Shown here in pieces: positions 18,724 through 28,169 of a stretch of DNA of 64,000 nucleotides. Within the stretch, counting starts at the first letter, position 1; each line of letters begins with the position of its first letter. The stretch covers positions 2,454-66,453 of the IMG/VR virus record IMGVR_UViG_3300031688_000009. One strand, written 5' to 3'. The translations under genes were made by a program, and so were the position numbers. The notes beneath the pieces were generated by a model. That model saw only the letters and a program-made list of their open reading frames with translations, did no database searches and had not been told where the DNA came from. Source of the DNA: a virus.

Positions 18724-19236
18724 ATGGGTAAAAAGAAACAACCGATAAACAGGATGAATAAGTTTTTTTCTTACGATGATTTCGATTTGGAGTTGTCGAT
18801 GGGAGAGGAGTGGTTGCACGGTGACATGAATTTCACAATGGTGTTATTCCGAGTTGATAAGAGTAAATCTGTCGACGACGTCTACGGGGAATCAGGTAAG
18901 GGTGAGATTAAATTCTTCCCACCAACCGAATTTAAAGGATATGTACAAATAGCCGGTCCTGATAATAAAACCTACTCAAACGGGTTAGGTCGTTATTTAG
19001 AGCCGGGTAATATGACCGTATCAATTTATAAACACCATTTGGAGGAAGAAGGAATTGATATTTCTTATGGTGATTACGTTGGTTATTACGAAACAGAAGA
19101 TAAAGTACGTTATTATGAAGTCGCAAACGACGGGAAGGTAACGTCAGATAATAAACACACATATGGAGGATTTAAAGCGTTCTATAGAACTATTTTATGT
19201 ACACCAGTAAGTGAGGACCAATTTAAGGGAATGTAA
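18724..19236 (+). CDS. Head-closure/neck protein, gp14-like
   Basis: DDVYGES...KFFPP, ISYGDYV...RYYEV; sits before the tail terminator; TATTTAT at 18713-18719. Confidence 0.6.
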   Translation: MGKKKQPINRMNKFFSYDDFDLELSMGEEWLHGDMNFTMVLFRVDKSKSVDDVYGESGKGEIKFFPPTEFKGYVQIAGPDNKTYSNGLGRYLEPGNMTVSIYKHHLEEEGIDISYGDYVGYYETEDKVRYYEVANDGKVTSDNKHTYGGFKAFYRTILCTPVSEDQFKGM

Positions 19237-19238
19237 TT

Positions 19239-20507
19239 ATGTCACTACCAAAGAAAGTTAAAAAGGATATTAATGCATATCCAACGAAAACGTTATTAGA
19301 TAGAAGACAGGAAATGTTAGAGCAGATAACGAATCAAGATACTAACCTTCCTGAGTCGGTAATGCACGAAGATTTGGATTTAGGTATGTTAGAATTCGTT
19401 AAAGAACACTTAACGTTCAATACCGATGGAAACCCAGTGAATTTTGTGGATAAGATTTTATCCTTACAAAGATGGGCTGAACTATCAAGTACGTGGGAGT
19501 TCACAGACAAAGAAGAAAAGATACAAATACCGTTTATTGTGGTGGTTAGAAAACCTGAAGTACCATATGGTTCAAATCCCGCTTTGATGTATACGATACC
19601 TGACAGACAAACATTCTTCTATAGAAAGGTTAGTACGTGGGACGGGAATAGATTAGGTGCGGACATCTATAAAATACCTCAGCCAGTACCGGTGGATTTA
19701 TCTTTCGAAGTTGTTGTGGTATGTAATAGAATGAGGGAACTTAACAGTTTTAATAAAAAAGTGATGCAGAAATTCTCATCAAGACAGGCGTATACTGTAG
19801 TCAAAGGTCATTATATTCCAATCGTATTATCATCAATCGCTGACCAATCACAGATAGACGCAATTGAGGGTAGGAGGTTTTATCAACAAACATACTCATT
19901 CCAAATGCAAGGGTTCTTAATGGACGAAGAGGAGTTTGAGGTGGTACCTGCGGTTGATAGACAAATGGTTATGATAGAATCAAGTTTTTCCCCATCTAAG
20001 GGTTCTGCGGTTAAAATAGAAAAAATAATTAAATCTAATATTGAGGTTGAGACCAACACCTTTGTTGGTGATGGTACAACAACAACATTTAAAGTTCAAA
20101 AGAAGATTAACACACTTTTCTATGTGGAGATAAATGGGTTAGTACAAAGATTAGGTGTCGATTATATACATAACGGAACTAGTTCTAATATTATTTTTCT
20201 TACTCCACCACCTAAAGATTCGGTTGTGAGGGTAACATATACATATGATACTGATTTCACAACTAACGATAATAAGGTACTTACAGTGTCTAACCAGTCA
20301 TTTGATTTTGATGATACAACATTAGAGTTTAATACGGACTTTCCGATAGATAGTATCATACTTTTAGACGTTGGTGGATTACTACAACTTGAAGTCGACT
20401 ACTATACATATGAAAAAGGCACAACTAAAATAGTGGTTAACGAGATACCACCAATTCAAGGGTCTAATGGGGTTAAAATGTCCGTAGTATATCTTAGGAC
20501 GATTTAA
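19239..20507 (+). CDS. Tail terminator/sheath stabiliser, gp15-like, with two C-terminal beta-sandwich repeats
   Basis: IPQPVPVDLSFEV...RMRELN core; C-terminal repeats GDGTTTTF..INGLVQ..GVDY..I.F..PP. Confidence 0.6.
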   Translation: MSLPKKVKKDINAYPTKTLLDRRQEMLEQITNQDTNLPESVMHEDLDLGMLEFVKEHLTFNTDGNPVNFVDKILSLQRWAELSSTWEFTDKEEKIQIPFIVVVRKPEVPYGSNPALMYTIPDRQTFFYRKVSTWDGNRLGADIYKIPQPVPVDLSFEVVVVCNRMRELNSFNKKVMQKFSSRQAYTVVKGHYIPIVLSSIADQSQIDAIEGRRFYQQTYSFQMQGFLMDEEEFEVVPAVDRQMVMIESSFSPSKGSAVKIEKIIKSNIEVETNTFVGDGTTTTFKVQKKINTLFYVEINGLVQRLGVDYIHNGTSSNIIFLTPPPKDSVVRVTYTYDTDFTTNDNKVLTVSNQSFDFDDTTLEFNTDFPIDSIILLDVGGLLQLEVDYYTYEKGTTKIVVNEIPPIQGSNGVKMSVVYLRTI

Positions 20508-20662
20508 CTCTCTCCGTAGATATCCGTCTTGGGTTTACAATTCTCCTCAATTAACCTCTCAACGTGATTAAACATCTTTAAACCCTCTTTATTACAATGG
20601 GTCTTAAGTAGTTTATGATGGTATTCTGATATCTTAATGTTTTTAATTGGTTTATCGCTCAT
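20504..20662 (-). CDS. Small ribbon-helix-helix-like DNA-binding protein
   Basis: MSDKPIKNIKISEYHHKLLKTHCNKEGLKMFNHVERLIEE shows an alternating beta-strand followed by two helices, typical of RHH/CopG; start at ATG 20662. Confidence 0.6.
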   Translation of the reverse strand: MSDKPIKNIKISEYHHKLLKTHCNKEGLKMFNHVERLIEENCKPKTDIYGES

Positions 20663-20670
20663 AATATGTG

Positions 20671-20705
20671 GTATGAAAAAAGTATGAAAAAAAACATACA
20701 TCATA
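20671..20705. promoter_or_regulatory. Operator-like GTATG direct and inverted repeats
   Basis: GTATGAAAAAA-GTATGAAAAAAAA-CATAC-A-TCATA in the divergent RHH/sheath intergenic region. Confidence 0.5.
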
Positions 20706-20748
20706 TAAATATAATATTTTTTAAAAAGTCTTTTGGGAAAAAGATAAA

Positions 20749-20756
20749 TATTTATA
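20749..20756 (+). promoter_or_regulatory. Putative late promoter TATTTATA for the tail sheath
   Basis: Member of the recurrent motif family; 40 nt before ATG 20797. Confidence 0.6.
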
Positions 20757-20796
20757 GTAGTAAAGAAATAAATTACATAAAAAAAAATATTTTATA

Positions 20797-23586
20797 ATGG
20801 CAAATTCTAACAGAGTTTTCGTCTCACCGGGTGTATATACATCAGAAAAAGACTTGAGTTACGTATCTCAAAGTGTAGGTGTATCTACTTTAGGTTTAGT
20901 AGGAGAAACAAAAAAAGGTCCCGCATTCGAACCCGTATTAGTTTCGGGTTACAACGAATTTAAAACGTTGTTTGGCGGACAATCACCTGAGAAATTAGGA
21001 GAAACATTAAAGTACCAATTACCGTACTACGCAAAATCATTCTTAAATCAATCATCACAATTATTTGTGACGAGAGTATTAGGGTATTCTGGGTATGATG
21101 GTGGTGATGCACACGCAATAAAGACAATCGCCAATATAGACATTTCAACTATTTCATTAGGAAGTAGTGTTGAACATCTTATTGACTTATTACCATCAGG
21201 TAGTTTGGATTTAACAGGGGGACCTGCAATAACCGAGTCATTTGAAATGTCTAACGGGACAATTAAAACGGCTTTAGACTTCATAAACGAATCTATTTCG
21301 GGTGGTGACTTAACAACTTCAGTAGTTGTTGGTCCTAATTTCATTGACCTTAGTTCATATGTTAGCACTTCAGTGTTCTCAATGTCTAATGCGTCTTGGG
21401 CATTCCAATCATTAAATAGTAATACTTTAAATGAGTCAGGAATTTCTTACTCAGGTGGGTTATTTGATGATAACGGAACAATTAAATTTAAATTACATAT
21501 CCAAACTATCACCGCTAATAGATTTTCAGAGGCTCACGACAAAACAGTGGCAATCTTAAGGTCAAGAGCGGAGTATAATGGCGATGTATTAACACATAAA
21601 GTAACGTCGGACGTTACATTAACAAGTACTCAAATTAATGTTGAGTCTGATTCAATGGCTGACTTTAAGTTAGATGTTTCTTCAGGTTCTCAATCATTCC
21701 AATTTACGTGTAACTTAAGCTCTTCTTCTAAGAAGTTCTTAACTAAGGTTATTGGTGAAGGTGCTTACGACAAGAACCCTGACCTTTATCCTTTATATGT
21801 GGATAAGGTTTATGATAACTACTTAACGTGGTTAGGATTAACAGGTAAAGTAAAAGGTTTATCGACTGGAATATTAGAAAGCGTTTCTGACGGTGGAGAC
21901 TTTAAAGAGTCATACACGTCATCAGTAACTCCTTATGTTGTTTCAGAAGTAAGAGGTGGGTTAGTTTCTGACTTATTCAGATTCATCACTATCTCAGACG
22001 GAGATTCATCAGCAAAAGAAGTTAAGATTTCTATTGTTAATATTAATATCGAGAAACAAGAATTTGACATTGTAGTAAGAGACTTCTTCGATACGGATGC
22101 GAGTCCTATTGTTATTGAAAAATTCTCAAGATGTTCTATGAATCCTGAAGTACCGGGTTATGTTGCTAGAAAAGTGGGAACATCTGATGGTGAATACGAA
22201 TTAAAATCTAGATACGTTATTTTAGAATTAGGATTAGAAGCACCTTCAGATTCTGTACCAGCTGGTTTCAGAGGTTATGAAGTAAAAGACTACGGTTTTA
22301 ATACGGCATCTAACTCAGACATTCTTTATAAATCAGAATATTACGTGGCAGGTCAAACGATAGGAGTTGATTCTAACGGTGATGCAGTTCAGGTAAATGC
22401 TGATAAAGTAAGAAAAGTTTATATGGGTATCTCTAACACAGTTGGATTTGACCCTTCATTCTTTGAATTTTCAGGGAAATCAATTCAAGGTGAAACGACT
22501 AAAGGATTTCACTTATCATCACAAGCGGATGGTAATGAATTCGTTAAGTCACCTGAGAATTTTGAAATAACAGAAGGTAACTTTATTAAGTTATCTGCCT
22601 GTAAATTCACATTGGCACCTGTAGGTGGACACGATGGGTTTGATATTTTCAGAAAAGAAAGAACAAATAAAGACCAATATATGATTGGTAAGAATTCATA
22701 TAATAACTCAGGTTTTAATGCTAACGTAGGTGAGTCTGATTATTATGCGTTTTTAGACGGGATTATGACATATAGAAATCCTGAGGCTATCGACATTAAC
22801 TTATTCTCAACACCAGGGATTAACTTCTTCGACCACTCTTCGTTAGTTGGTGAAGCAATTGATATGGTAGAACAAGAAAGAGCAGATTCATTATATATCA
22901 TCGATTCACCAAACAGAGACACTGTAGATGAAATCGTAGATGATTTAGAAGATATCGGGTTTGACTCTAACTATTCAGCTACGTACTGGCCTTGGATACA
23001 AGTAAGAGACACTGAAAATTCAGTACAAGTATATGTGGCTCCAACAGGAGAGGTTTTAAGAAATATAGCATTAACGGATAACATTGCCTTTCCATGGTTC
23101 GCATCTGCGGGTTACCAAAGAGGTTTAGTTAATTCAATTAAAGCGAAAAAGAAGTTAACTTTAGACGAGAGAGATACACTATATAGTAATAGAATTAATC
23201 CAATTGCTACGTTCTCAGATGTAGGTACTATTATTTTTGGTAATAAGACATTACAGGTTAGAGAATCGGCATTAGATAGAATCAACGTAAGAAGATTACT
23301 ATTACAAGCTAGAAAGTTAATTTCTAACGTGGCGGTGAGATTATTATTTGAACAAAATGATGATGTCGTGAGAAACGAATTTCTAAGTTTGGTTAACCCA
23401 ATATTAGAAGGAATTAAGAAAGAAAGAGGTTTAACAGAATTTAAGGTTGAGGTATCGTCTTCACCTGAAGATATGGATAGAAATCAATTGTCGGGTAAGA
23501 TTTACATCAAACCAACAAGAGCACTTGAGTTTATTGACATCGAATTCTTAGTGACTCCTACAGGAGCATCTTTCGAAAACATTTAA
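20797..23586 (+). CDS. Contractile tail sheath protein
   Basis: VFVSPGVYTSEKD at the N-terminus; YSATYWPW, PWFASAG, RINPI, GNKTL, LDRINVRRLL and IKPTRALEFI in the C-terminal domain. Confidence 0.95.
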   Translation: MANSNRVFVSPGVYTSEKDLSYVSQSVGVSTLGLVGETKKGPAFEPVLVSGYNEFKTLFGGQSPEKLGETLKYQLPYYAKSFLNQSSQLFVTRVLGYSGYDGGDAHAIKTIANIDISTISLGSSVEHLIDLLPSGSLDLTGGPAITESFEMSNGTIKTALDFINESISGGDLTTSVVVGPNFIDLSSYVSTSVFSMSNASWAFQSLNSNTLNESGISYSGGLFDDNGTIKFKLHIQTITANRFSEAHDKTVAILRSRAEYNGDVLTHKVTSDVTLTSTQINVESDSMADFKLDVSSGSQSFQFTCNLSSSSKKFLTKVIGEGAYDKNPDLYPLYVDKVYDNYLTWLGLTGKVKGLSTGILESVSDGGDFKESYTSSVTPYVVSEVRGGLVSDLFRFITISDGDSSAKEVKISIVNINIEKQEFDIVVRDFFDTDASPIVIEKFSRCSMNPEVPGYVARKVGTSDGEYELKSRYVILELGLEAPSDSVPAGFRGYEVKDYGFNTASNSDILYKSEYYVAGQTIGVDSNGDAVQVNADKVRKVYMGISNTVGFDPSFFEFSGKSIQGETTKGFHLSSQADGNEFVKSPENFEITEGNFIKLSACKFTLAPVGGHDGFDIFRKERTNKDQYMIGKNSYNNSGFNANVGESDYYAFLDGIMTYRNPEAIDINLFSTPGINFFDHSSLVGEAIDMVEQERADSLYIIDSPNRDTVDEIVDDLEDIGFDSNYSATYWPWIQVRDTENSVQVYVAPTGEVLRNIALTDNIAFPWFASAGYQRGLVNSIKAKKKLTLDERDTLYSNRINPIATFSDVGTIIFGNKTLQVRESALDRINVRRLLLQARKLISNVAVRLLFEQNDDVVRNEFLSLVNPILEGIKKERGLTEFKVEVSSSPEDMDRNQLSGKIYIKPTRALEFIDIEFLVTPTGASFENI

Positions 23587-23600
23587 AATTAAACATAAAG

Positions 23601-23628
23601 AGGGGAGGAATACCTTCCCTTTTTTTTT
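23601..23628 (+). terminator. Intrinsic terminator after the sheath gene
   Basis: AGGGGAGG-AATA-CCTTCCCT stem followed by T8. Confidence 0.8.
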
Positions 23629-23639
23629 AAAAATACAAT

Positions 23640-24491
23640 ATGAAAAAAGTTTTATTAGAAGAAAACATTAAAAGATTGATGGAAATTATGAACGTCGAAG
23701 TAACCGAAGGGTTTGACGACGAAGGTAATCCTGATTTTAAATACTATGCTTTTGATTGGGATGATAACATTATGTTTATGCCGACGGAAATTATGGTATC
23801 TACTTTTGGTGACCAAGAAATAGGTATGGGTACGGCTGATTTCGCCGAGTATAGAAGTAAAATAGGAAAAGAAAACTTTGACTTTAAGGGTCATACTATT
23901 ACTGGATTCGCTAAGGAACCATTTATTAATTTTGGACCTGAGGGTAATGAACAATTCGTTAAGGATTCTTTAGTTGCGAAAACAGGACCATCATGGGATG
24001 ATTTCGTAGAATGTATTAATGGAGGTTCAATCTTCTCAATTATAACCGCAAGGGGACATAACCCTGAGTCACTAAGAGACGGAGTAGAGGAGATAGTTAA
24101 GGCTGGTAAGGCGGGACTATCGTTCGAATCGTGTGTTAGTTCATTAAAAAAATATAAGGGAGTAATAGAAGGAGATAACGAACAAATGTTCCGAGAATAT
24201 TTAGATATGTGTGAGTTCCACCCTGTATCTTTCGGTAAAGGTAGTGCTGCTAATCCTGAAAAGGATAAGATTATCGCTTTAGACGGATTTATTAAACACG
24301 TTAATAAATTATCTGACGAATTAAAGATGACAATGGAATTGGAAAATGATATCCATAATAACTTTGTACCGAAGATAGGTTTTTCAGATGATGATAAGGC
24401 TAACGTAGATAACGTGAAGCAATATTTAGATGACAAAGGAGATGATAGTGTTAATGTATATTACACTAAAGACAATAAAGTAAAAATGTAG
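23640..24491 (+). CDS. HAD-superfamily phosphatase-like protein with N-terminal leader
   Basis: Intact HAD motifs AFDWDDNI (I), IITARG (II), K (III) and GFSDDD..N (IV). Confidence 0.7.
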   Translation: MKKVLLEENIKRLMEIMNVEVTEGFDDEGNPDFKYYAFDWDDNIMFMPTEIMVSTFGDQEIGMGTADFAEYRSKIGKENFDFKGHTITGFAKEPFINFGPEGNEQFVKDSLVAKTGPSWDDFVECINGGSIFSIITARGHNPESLRDGVEEIVKAGKAGLSFESCVSSLKKYKGVIEGDNEQMFREYLDMCEFHPVSFGKGSAANPEKDKIIALDGFIKHVNKLSDELKMTMELENDIHNNFVPKIGFSDDDKANVDNVKQYLDDKGDDSVNVYYTKDNKVKM

Positions 24492-24500
24492 ATTTTATCC

Positions 24501-24588
24501 TTACTAGTATATACTAGTAATATTTATATATTTATTATTAGATATTATAAATACTGGTATTATTATATGTTTTATACTGGTATACTAG
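24501..24588. repeat. 20-bp perfect palindrome plus TACTRGTA repeat cluster
   Basis: TTACTAGTATATACTAGTAA at 24501-24520; TACTGGTA at 24552 and 24575; TACTAG at 24583; extremely AT-rich spacers. Confidence 0.85.
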
Positions 24589-24649
24589 AAATATGTAGAT
24601 TTAAAATCACAATGTCAAGTAAGATTGAATATATTTTACAAACACTTGA

Positions 24650-24657
24650 TATTTATA
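24650..24657 (+). promoter_or_regulatory. Putative late promoter TATTTATA for the tail tube
   Basis: Recurrent motif; 33 nt before ATG 24691. Confidence 0.6.
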
Positions 24658-24690
24658 AGTAAATAAAAAAACTAATTAAAAAACAATACA

Positions 24691-25179
24691 ATGGCTGATT
24701 TATTAATGAAAATGCCTGTTCCATACGAACCAAAGAAAAAGAACAGGTTTATTTTAAGATTCCCGTCTTCGTTAGGTATTAACGAATGGTACGTAAGTAC
24801 AACCGCAAGACCCTCAGCGAATATTGGGGCAGTAGAGATTCCTTTCTTAAATACTTCAACATTTGTTGCTGGTAGATTCAATTGGAATACTCTTAACGTG
24901 ACGTTTAAAGACCCAATCGGTCCTTCAGCTGCACAAGCACTAATGGAGTGGTTTAGATTACACGCGGAGTCTGTTACAGGTAGAATGGGATACGCAGCAG
25001 GATACAAAAAGGATATCGAATTAGATATGTTAGACCCAACAGGGGTTGTTGTAGAAAAATGGATAATCCAAGGAACGTTCATTACTGACTTAAACTTTAA
25101 CGACCTTTCTTATTCAGACGAAGGTTTAGCTGACATTTCAGTTACGCTTAGACCTGATAGATGTATTTTAGTTTATTAA
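24691..25179 (+). CDS. Tail tube protein, gp19-like
   Basis: YEPKKKNRF, ARP, AGRFNW, YKKDI.L..LDPTG.VVEKW...G.F; follows the sheath gene. Confidence 0.88.
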   Translation: MADLLMKMPVPYEPKKKNRFILRFPSSLGINEWYVSTTARPSANIGAVEIPFLNTSTFVAGRFNWNTLNVTFKDPIGPSAAQALMEWFRLHAESVTGRMGYAAGYKKDIELDMLDPTGVVVEKWIIQGTFITDLNFNDLSYSDEGLADISVTLRPDRCILVY

Positions 25180-25207
25180 TTTTATAACGGCCATAAATAA
25201 ATTATAT

Positions 25208-25235
25208 AAAGCCCACTTAATTGTGGGCTTTTTTT
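25208..25235 (+). terminator. Intrinsic terminator after the tail tube gene
   Basis: AAAGCCCAC-TTAATT-GTGGGCTTT plus T tract. Confidence 0.88.
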
Positions 25236-25286
25236 ATGCTTTACAATTAAGTCTTATGGTTTATATTTTAAATAAAACAAGATTAT

Positions 25287-26033
25287 ATGAACGATGATAA
25301 TTATAGAATGGAAATTGCGTTTGACGTAATACCACTACCGTCAGAAGGAGTGTTTTACGCGAATAAAAAAGATTCTATTAAGGTTTCTTACTTAACTGCG
25401 ACTGATGAGAACATCTTAACGTCACAAAACTTAATTAAGTCTGGTAAGGTCATTGATGAGTTATTACGGGCTAAAATCTTAGATAAGGATATTACAGTGG
25501 AAGAATTACACGAGTCAGATAAAGAAGCTATCTTACTATGGTTAAGAAATACGGCCTACGGTTCTATGATTACGCTAGTGGTGACCGACCCTGATACTTC
25601 GGAACAGGTTGAGGTCGAATATGACTTACAAAACGTGAAATACAAAAAACTAACTATTAGTTCAGATTCGGAAGGGTTGTTCGAATATAAATTATCAAGT
25701 GGTAAGGATATTAAATTCCGTTTTTTAAATACTAAAGACCTTGAAGAGTTAAACCAAATGGACGACCTCTATAAAGATATGGTTATCAAGCCGACAATTA
25801 CTAAACGATTGGAAAAAATGATAATAGATGTTGACGGAGAGAGGGACCCGATGAAATTATCACACATAATTCAATTCCTACCTATTAAAGATTCACAACA
25901 CTTCAGACGATTTGTGTCTGATAATACTCCAGGTCTTAACAAGGAGGTAGAGTTAATTCTACCTTCAGGAAAAAAAATACAGACGTTTTTTGGGTTTGGA
26001 CCAGAGTTTTTTCGTCCTTTCTACGGACTATAA
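25287..26033 (+). CDS. Tail assembly chaperone / baseplate hub assembly protein (gp26-like)
   Basis: IPLPSEGVFY, LTATDENIL, DKEAILLWLR..AYG, LPIKDS..FR, FFRP; located between tube and tape measure. Confidence 0.7.
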   Translation: MNDDNYRMEIAFDVIPLPSEGVFYANKKDSIKVSYLTATDENILTSQNLIKSGKVIDELLRAKILDKDITVEELHESDKEAILLWLRNTAYGSMITLVVTDPDTSEQVEVEYDLQNVKYKKLTISSDSEGLFEYKLSSGKDIKFRFLNTKDLEELNQMDDLYKDMVIKPTITKRLEKMIIDVDGERDPMKLSHIIQFLPIKDSQHFRRFVSDNTPGLNKEVELILPSGKKIQTFFGFGPEFFRPFYGL

Positions 26034-26199
26034 AGCAGTACAATTACAGGAAACTTATTATATGGCAAAGTATCTAAATTTTTCTTATTTAGATATTATG
26101 TCTATGCCTGTATTTGAGCGAAAATTTTTACTCAATATGTTAGTCGAGGAAAAGCAAAAAGAGACGGACGGATGGGAAAATAGTAAAAAGGCTAACTAA
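26014..26199 (+). CDS. Frameshift extension of the tail chaperone (G-T-like product), or a small separate chaperone
   Basis: The +1 frame overlapping the end of the chaperone is open through the slippery TTT_TTT_CGT (26007-26015) and encodes FSYLDIMSMPVFERKFLL. Confidence 0.6.
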   Translation, partial: VLSTDYKAVQLQETYYMAKYLNFSYLDIMSMPVFERKFLLNMLVEEKQKETDGWENSKKAN

Positions 26200-26266
26200 T
26201 CCACTTTAAAAAATCATCATTAGATATTTATTGTTATACCACTAATGTGGTTTAAAAATATTAACT

Positions 26267-28144
26267 ATGAGTAAACTAAGCGACATCCAAAAAAAAGTTA
26301 GTAATGGAAAGGTTCTAACCAACGCGGAAACCATTTACATGATGGAGGAACTGCAAAAAAAGTCAGGTAAAACATTGAAGGATAGTGGTGATGGTTATGG
26401 TTCTATAGTTAATAAGTTAGGGGATGCGAATAGCTCTACATTGAAATGGAATAAAAATCTGGGGAATGTTGCGGATACCGTATTAAAGTTAACTAACATT
26501 CTTTCAAATGTGGATTTAACTTTTATTCAAAAAACAACACAATCCCTTAAACTTGCGATGGAGGAGATAATCCAACCGATTATGAATATCGACCAAGCGT
26601 TGAGATATGAGATTAATTCCAAGATGGGGATTACGGGGGAATTAGCTCGTAATATTAGGTCTGAAATGGTCGGAGTAGCCAAGGACACTATGGTTTATGG
26701 TGTGGGGTTGGAGGATATAAACTCTACTTATATAAAAACTATTTCCACGTTAGGTAGAGCAATACCATTATCTAAAGGGTTGTTAACCGATTTAACATTA
26801 TCTGCGAAGGCTGCTGGGGTTTCTTTTGAAGCTGCTGGTGAATTCACGGGTAATTTAGAAGGATTGGGTATTGGGTTGGTAAAGGGTCCTAAAATTTTAA
26901 CCGATATGAGTGAAACGGCTAGGAGTATGGGACTTAACAGTATGTCGTTCATTGAGGACGCAACCAAAAACTTACAATTAGTAAATACTCTCGGGTTTAA
27001 AGGGGGTATTGATGGATTCACAAAAATAGCTGCGAAAGCATCATTAATTAAATTTGATTTATCATTGGCGGCGTCTAAGGCGGAGAGTTTGTTTGACCCT
27101 GAAAATGCGATTGAAATGGCGGCACAACTTAACGTTTTGGGTGGTGATTTTGGTAGGTTGGGTAATGCTATTGACCTTATGTTTATGCCGACAAATGATA
27201 TGAATGGGTTTACGGAGCAAATAATGGAGGCTCAAAAACAGTTTGTATCGTTTAACGAGTCAACACAAGAGTTTGAGTCGTCACCCTTAGATTTAAGGAG
27301 AGCTCGAGAGTTCGCTAAGGTGATGGGTAAAGACGTCGGAGTAGTGATGAAGGAAGCTAAATCCGCAGCACGTAGAGACATGATAAAGGATAAGATATCT
27401 TTTATGCCTAATATGTCTGAGGAAGATAGAGAATTAGTTGCTTCGTTAGGGGTTTTAAGTACCGACGGTCAGGTGACTATTAACGGACAAGCGATTGCGA
27501 GTATGGATAATGATGAACTTACCAAATCTATCAGTATGTTAAGACAGGAAGATAAGAACGGTAAGATGAGTCAAATAGATATATTAAGAGAGCAGATGAA
27601 CATATCGACTGCGGCGAATAACTACTTAAAAAGTATTGCATTTAATATGGGAGCATTTGGTGATGACGGGGGGTTATTTACTCTATTTGGGGATGACTTA
27701 AATGATTTAGTCTATAATATGACCGATAAGACTGGTGACGTATTTAAATCCCTTTCTAAATCTATTGAAAACCAAGATGTTAAAGGTATTATGACCATTC
27801 TATCGTCTAATGCTGGTCTTGAAAACGAGTCACTTGGACCATTAAGGGATTTTATGTCTAAGATAACGATACCACTCGAACAGATGGGAATAAATGTTAA
27901 GGACATTTGGGGTTCAAAAGTCGCGGGTAAAGAAGATGGAGCGGTGACTAAATTAAAATCTCAGGAGAATGAGATGAGGATTCGGAATGAGGAGAAAAGT
28001 AATACTCCAGTCCAACTAACGGTTAATAACTCATTTAACGGTAAGGTTCAGAGTAGTGACCTTTTGAAGTCTCAGACGGATGGGGTTAAGAAAAGGATTT
28101 TTGATTTGTCGAGTAATATACCATACACCTATGAGAGAGAATAA
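26267..28144 (+). CDS. Tape measure protein (putative)
   Basis: Helical, Ala/Met/Gly-rich 625 aa directly after the chaperone; AESLFDPENAIEMAAQLNVLGG; TATTTAT at 26225-26231. Confidence 0.7.
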   Translation: MSKLSDIQKKVSNGKVLTNAETIYMMEELQKKSGKTLKDSGDGYGSIVNKLGDANSSTLKWNKNLGNVADTVLKLTNILSNVDLTFIQKTTQSLKLAMEEIIQPIMNIDQALRYEINSKMGITGELARNIRSEMVGVAKDTMVYGVGLEDINSTYIKTISTLGRAIPLSKGLLTDLTLSAKAAGVSFEAAGEFTGNLEGLGIGLVKGPKILTDMSETARSMGLNSMSFIEDATKNLQLVNTLGFKGGIDGFTKIAAKASLIKFDLSLAASKAESLFDPENAIEMAAQLNVLGGDFGRLGNAIDLMFMPTNDMNGFTEQIMEAQKQFVSFNESTQEFESSPLDLRRAREFAKVMGKDVGVVMKEAKSAARRDMIKDKISFMPNMSEEDRELVASLGVLSTDGQVTINGQAIASMDNDELTKSISMLRQEDKNGKMSQIDILREQMNISTAANNYLKSIAFNMGAFGDDGGLFTLFGDDLNDLVYNMTDKTGDVFKSLSKSIENQDVKGIMTILSSNAGLENESLGPLRDFMSKITIPLEQMGINVKDIWGSKVAGKEDGAVTKLKSQENEMRIRNEEKSNTPVQLTVNNSFNGKVQSSDLLKSQTDGVKKRIFDLSSNIPYTYERE

Positions 28145-28169
28145 TAATATAAGGAATATTTAATAATAT

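Noticed and set aside
24501-24590. Repeat cluster as a mini-CRISPR array
   Set aside because: Units are only 8 bp, irregularly spaced, with low-complexity spacers and no cas genes.
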